Source: a virus
Taxonomy: Duplodnaviria > Caudoviricetes
DNA length: 64,000 nt
Reading direction: 5' to 3' (one strand)
Virus record (IMG/VR): IMGVR_UViG_2974723051_000001
Location: 1-64,000 of that record
The translations under genes and the position numbers were made by a program. Shown one piece after another: positions 59,587 to 64,000 of this stretch. The notes under the pieces are model-generated. The model was not told the origin of the DNA and searched no databases. It saw only the letters and a list, made by a program, of their open reading frames with translations. How positions within the stretch are numbered: the first letter of the stretch is position 1; each line of letters opens with the position of its first letter.

Positions 59587-61761
59587 TCACATGCGTTGTG
59601 GGAGCATTAAACTATTCTCTACAAAATTAGATACAGCACTAATAGAGTATATACCCGGATTAGGCATTATTGAACGTTGTATAAACGAATCAGGTGTATC
59701 CAATGGTGACATACCAACTTGAGTAAATAAACCAAGTGGGTCTAGTTGGCTAGTCATTTGCAGGTCTTCATTAATTTTAGCAAGTTCTGCTTGCTGTTGT
59801 TCTTGTTCAGCAGCTACTTCTTCCATCTGTGCTTGGATATCAGCAATCTGAGTACCCATATATGCTTGGCCAGCTTGTTGTAAACCAGAACCAATAAACA
59901 ACATATCATCAGCAAATGGCAGATTGAATAAACCTTTCTGACCAGTCATACCGTAGATAATCATTGCAGCAGTGATTGCTAGCGCACCTTCCAAACCAAG
60001 TTCTTCAGCAGCAAATGTAAATAGAGCTTCAGCAAGAATACTTGTGATTACCATTTTACCAATGAATACAGCTAGTGACACTACACCTGCCGCAGCAGCA
60101 GCTTGCAGAGATGATATCAATGAAGCCATACCACCAGACATTGCACTGAATGCAATTAGTACTACTTGAGTAACAAACTGGAAGAATGATGTTTCATACC
60201 ACTTAAGTTTAACTACTTGGAAAGCATTAAATACAATCTTAATAGATTCATAGTAAAGAGTATTAGCATCCCTTGTAGATATATTCTCGTAAGCAATACC
60301 TACGTTCAATGGAATAACTAACGGTGCATTAGCTTGGTCACCACCATTTAAATTTACTGCGCCCCATAGATTAGTCCACCAACTTTGACCAGAACCATGA
60401 ATATTATTAGCCATACATAAACCATGAACTGCTATGGTTCGATACGTAGTAGGTGATGTTTGCTTACGTAGGTATAAAACATTCCTATGGTCTTCATACT
60501 GAACATTCTTAGCACCGGGTACAAAACTAGTATGGGGTTGGCTAGTGAAAATACTCTTACGTATTGTGGTATCCCCTACATTACCAATTACACCATTAGT
60601 ATCTGTAATAGTAATATAACTAAATACTACAGTTACTTTATAAGTAGCATCTGAGATATTCACAGCATTATAAGGTGGATGGCTATACCTAGCTCCATTG
60701 TACCAAGCCATATATGCCTGTTCACGGGTGCTAGCCCTAGCATACTCATCTTGAAAATATTCAAATAGGTAATCAATACCAGCATTAGACTTAGTATTAA
60801 TATCTATACCAAAGATTACATAAGCATGGTTCACATCACCAATACTTGGGTTTCTATTAACACCCTCATGTAATTCTTCAATGTCCACATCCATATAACT
60901 CAGTAGTTTCTTACTGGTTTGATACAACGAAGTATTACGTCTACTAGGGTCTGTATAACTAACTTTATTTACACGTAATGGAACTACTGGAAAGAAGTAA
61001 GTACCATCTGGAACTTTACCCGAATCACTTTCTAAGTTTAGTTCAGGGAATCTTTTACGTCCCGGATAGTAAGTCCAATATCTACGACCTGTAGGCCAGT
61101 TCCTATCTGTATACTTAGTACCATTAGAATTAATAATTTCATACTCTACGTTGTAATAAGTACCCGTAGGTATAATTGGTTCTTTAAAGTTGTAGTACTT
61201 AAGATATCTATAACCACCATTTGTAGTTCTATACCTATATGCGGTTACATAAATAGGAACACCACGGAAATTAAGTTTAGTAGTATCATACGTCATAGGA
61301 GAGGGTTTACCCCTATAAGGGTATGTAAATATCTCAGGCCACGGATAATAACGTTGGTCCCAACCAGTAAAGTAAGGGTCTTGAACCAGACACTGCAAAC
61401 CAATGAAGTGAGCATTAGGTGGACCAAGTGCTGAGAACATAATCTTAATACGTCTACCACCTTGAACCATCCAAGGATTCTCTGCTGCTATAGCTCTTGC
61501 AATTGCATCATCAGGGGCTGGATACCAACCCTTAGAACCTTCTGGCAAACCATTTGTATACTTATACTTTGCATACTCATACATTGGTTTAATATCTTTA
61601 ACTGCGAAACAGTTAAGCGTGGAATCCAATATATCAGGAACTATATCCCTACCCGCAATAATAGAATTGAGTAGAGACTGTTTAATGTAATCAGGAGTAT
61701 CTTCAATTAGTGTTTGGGTACTACTAGCAATAAAGGTACGTCTTTCGTCAAATACACCCAT
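59587..61761 (-). CDS. Structural protein (gp53-like)
   Basis: 724 aa; VKLKWYETSFF and hydrophobic C-terminal region; synteny. Confidence 0.75.
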   Translation of the reverse strand: MGVFDERRTFIASSTQTLIEDTPDYIKQSLLNSIIAGRDIVPDILDSTLNCFAVKDIKPMYEYAKYKYTNGLPEGSKGWYPAPDDAIARAIAAENPWMVQGGRRIKIMFSALGPPNAHFIGLQCLVQDPYFTGWDQRYYPWPEIFTYPYRGKPSPMTYDTTKLNFRGVPIYVTAYRYRTTNGGYRYLKYYNFKEPIIPTGTYYNVEYEIINSNGTKYTDRNWPTGRRYWTYYPGRKRFPELNLESDSGKVPDGTYFFPVVPLRVNKVSYTDPSRRNTSLYQTSKKLLSYMDVDIEELHEGVNRNPSIGDVNHAYVIFGIDINTKSNAGIDYLFEYFQDEYARASTREQAYMAWYNGARYSHPPYNAVNISDATYKVTVVFSYITITDTNGVIGNVGDTTIRKSIFTSQPHTSFVPGAKNVQYEDHRNVLYLRKQTSPTTYRTIAVHGLCMANNIHGSGQSWWTNLWGAVNLNGGDQANAPLVIPLNVGIAYENISTRDANTLYYESIKIVFNAFQVVKLKWYETSFFQFVTQVVLIAFSAMSGGMASLISSLQAAAAAGVVSLAVFIGKMVITSILAEALFTFAAEELGLEGALAITAAMIIYGMTGQKGLFNLPFADDMLFIGSGLQQAGQAYMGTQIADIQAQMEEVAAEQEQQQAELAKINEDLQMTSQLDPLGLFTQVGMSPLDTPDSFIQRSIMPNPGIYSISAVSNFVENSLMLPQRM

Positions 61762-61819
61762 ATAATCTTCCTATAAAAAAGGACAGCATATAGCTGTCCT
61801 TATACCATATTTATTTAAC

Positions 61820-62632
61820 TTATGGGTTCTGCTGAACTTGAGTAGTCATAGTAGCTACCATCTTATCAATCTCAGGGTTAGTGAGTTTAGAAGGTGGAGC
61901 AAATCCATCATCAGTACTACGTTGAACAGAGAATACATCAATCATCATCTTAGTAGCTTTAGTGATTGCATCATCTTTAAAGCCTTTAATCTGAGCTGAG
62001 TATACATCTTTCTGTTTACCAACAGTACCGGCTACAACAGCACCGTCAACACTATCAAGAATCTGAGCTTGTTCAGTCTTCTTACGTTGAGTAGTTAATT
62101 CAATGTTTGCATCATTAACAGCAATAGCAGAAGTAGCTTGGTCAACTTGCTTATCTATTAAGTTACCTTGCTTACCTACATTAACAGTTTCAGCTTGAAC
62201 CTGTGCATCTTGAGAACCAGTCAACTTAGCTTGAGCATCTAATAGAATACCTTGTTTAGGTACGTTCAATGTTTCAGCTTTTACTTGAGCTTCTTGTGCA
62301 TCAGCCAGTTCAACTTGTTTATCCAGTAATTGTCCCTGCTTAGGAATATTAAGGATTTCTGCTTGAAGTTGCTTAATCTGTTCACTAGTCAACTCAAGTT
62401 GTTTATTGGTTTGAATTGCACTTAGTGAGAACTGAGTAGCAGTAGTTAATACAGCTTGCATAGTAGCCATATAAACTTCCGCATACTTATCACCAGAGAT
62501 ACGTTGGTTCTTTAACTCATCAATTAGGTGAAGCTTGGCAACTGCCATCAACTTATCAAACGAACCATCACCATCAATTACACCAGTAGTAATGTCATTG
62601 ATATCTACAGTAGTTTTAGTAGTAGTTGCCAT
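61820..62632 (-). CDS. Structural protein (gp54-like)
   Basis: GDGSFDKLM; NIPKQGQLLD-type repeats; GTVGKQK. Confidence 0.8.
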   Translation of the reverse strand: MATTTKTTVDINDITTGVIDGDGSFDKLMAVAKLHLIDELKNQRISGDKYAEVYMATMQAVLTTATQFSLSAIQTNKQLELTSEQIKQLQAEILNIPKQGQLLDKQVELADAQEAQVKAETLNVPKQGILLDAQAKLTGSQDAQVQAETVNVGKQGNLIDKQVDQATSAIAVNDANIELTTQRKKTEQAQILDSVDGAVVAGTVGKQKDVYSAQIKGFKDDAITKATKMMIDVFSVQRSTDDGFAPPSKLTNPEIDKMVATMTTQVQQNP

Positions 62633-62637
62633 ATTTA

Positions 62638-63234
62638 TTAACCTGCATAAGCGTTAGGACTTTGTAGCGTGTAACCCATTGAACGTTGAGTCTCAGCTAG
62701 TTCTTTTAGTTCTTCTCCTGTCAAAGGAGGAAGTTCAGTAATAGAGAATGCTTTACCTATACGTACATCATCTAGAGTTGTATTTTGATGATTCTTACTG
62801 GTTTCCTTAATCTGCTTGATACAAGTCTTACGTTTAAGTACATCAAGAGCCATACGTGGAATATGCCACTCAACATCACTATCACCATTGTAAGGTACGA
62901 ATACACGGAATGTACCAATTACCGAATTACCTACAGTAATGAATTCACCTTCTCGTGATTTACGTTGAGGGTCATGACATACAACAGTACAACGAACAAG
63001 CTCCATAGCTTCCTGTCGAATCTGGTGTGCAGTCTTAGTATTACTAGTCGGTTTACTGGTTTCTTCTGCAACATTTGCTGCCAACAACTCTCGTAGAGTT
63101 TCCAAACTAGAGTTGTGATGGAACTTAACGTTCATCATCTTCAATTGGTTTTTAAGCGTTTCTTTTTCTTGTTGTTCCAACTCTTTATCTAGGTCAGGAA
63201 CTTTATTTTCTGTTTCAGTAGCTTTATCAGACAT
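62638..63234 (-). CDS. Conserved protein (gp55-like)
   Basis: TVGNSVIG...VPY, LPPLTGEELKELA; downstream of the capsid gene. Confidence 0.8.
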   Translation of the reverse strand: MSDKATETENKVPDLDKELEQQEKETLKNQLKMMNVKFHHNSSLETLRELLAANVAEETSKPTSNTKTAHQIRQEAMELVRCTVVCHDPQRKSREGEFITVGNSVIGTFRVFVPYNGDSDVEWHIPRMALDVLKRKTCIKQIKETSKNHQNTTLDDVRIGKAFSITELPPLTGEELKELAETQRSMGYTLQSPNAYAG

Positions 63235-63296
63235 GGTGTTAAATCTCATATGAGTAAAAGGAAATTGAGAGTCCCGAAGGACTCTCATAATTTATA

Positions 63297-64000
63297 TTAA
63301 ACTTCAGCTAGAGTCCACTGAACGGCAATCCACTCAGGACGTTCAATGAGCATACCATGTACCCATTGTAGTGAGTGGAAACCAGATTGACCATAAGGGT
63401 CAGTACGGTCAGCAGTTTCCATACCCGGTAGTTTAGTAATCATCTTGAAGTTACCTTTACCACCGAATGCACCTTCTGGAGCGAAACCAAGGTGAGAGAA
63501 TGCTTCTGTAGCTACTGCAAGCATTGGGTATGCATTGTAGTACTGTTTAGAAGTGTCTGTGTTAGAACTGTTATTCTCGTTACTTGCACGGCCAGCAGAA
63601 GTCTTATAAGTAGAGTCAGAACCAGCATCTTCTACACCTACCGCAGTGTATTCAGGCATCTCTGGTACAACGATGATACGGAAACCAGCAATAGAACCAA
63701 TCTCACCACGTAGTGTATTAGTACCAGCAGCAGCATACTTCTCTACCGGAATAAACACTGGATTGCTAGATGCATCTTTCATATTACGCATCTGCATCTC
63801 TAGTGGGTAACCGATGTATAGAGCATAACCAGTACCGATGATTTGAGAATCAACTTTACCAGTACCACGTGAAGCAGCTAGACGGTTAGGAGCACGGTTC
63901 TCTTTAAGGGTTAGTGCTAGACGCTGTAAGTCTTTATAAGTAACTACTGAGACAGTACCGCCACTTTCGCCAGTCATCTTATCTAGACCTGTAGCAGCAC
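63297..64000 (-). CDS. Major capsid protein (gp56-like), 3' part; extends beyond the window
   Basis: FIPVEKYAAAG...GEIGSI.GFRIIVVPEM; DPYGQSGFHS; RPEWIA. Confidence 0.92.
   Translation of the reverse strand, partial: AATGLDKMTGESGGTVSVVTYKDLQRLALTLKENRAPNRLAASRGTGKVDSQIIGTGYALYIGYPLEMQMRNMKDASSNPVFIPVEKYAAAGTNTLRGEIGSIAGFRIIVVPEMPEYTAVGVEDAGSDSTYKTSAGRASNENNSSNTDTSKQYYNAYPMLAVATEAFSHLGFAPEGAFGGKGNFKMITKLPGMETADRTDPYGQSGFHSLQWVHGMLIERPEWIAVQWTLAEV

Noticed and set aside
48734-61761. Plus-strand ORFs such as 52188, 52316, 55820, 56775, 58271, 59275 and 59972
   Set aside because: Antisense shadows of long structural genes with no independent support

Overview
A 64 kb segment of an N4-like podovirus (Schitoviridae) genome; host not determinable from this window, though a Vibrio-type gammaproteobacterium is plausible. 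Left to right it holds: an N4 gp69-like gene; about 11 kb of densely packed, overlapping micro-ORFs (about 50 here, most sharing an M-x-L-[ILV]-x-T start) interleaved with vRNAP hairpin promoters; a gp2/Drc-like SSB; the two-subunit RNAP II (RNAP2 interrupted by a group I intron with a homing endonuclease); a membrane J-domain protein, amidase, holin/spanin candidates and two structured non-coding regions; a reverse-strand fibre module; an AAA ATPase (second group I intron) with a vWA partner; a helicase, family A DNA polymerase, nuclease, primase, SSB and resolvase; then on the minus strand the 3095-aa virion RNA polymerase, structural genes and the 3' part of the major capsid gene. The least explained features are the micro-ORF arrays, the two introns, a PagP-like outer-membrane barrel gene and the candidate structured RNAs. 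All calls come from reading motifs by eye; no database search was run.
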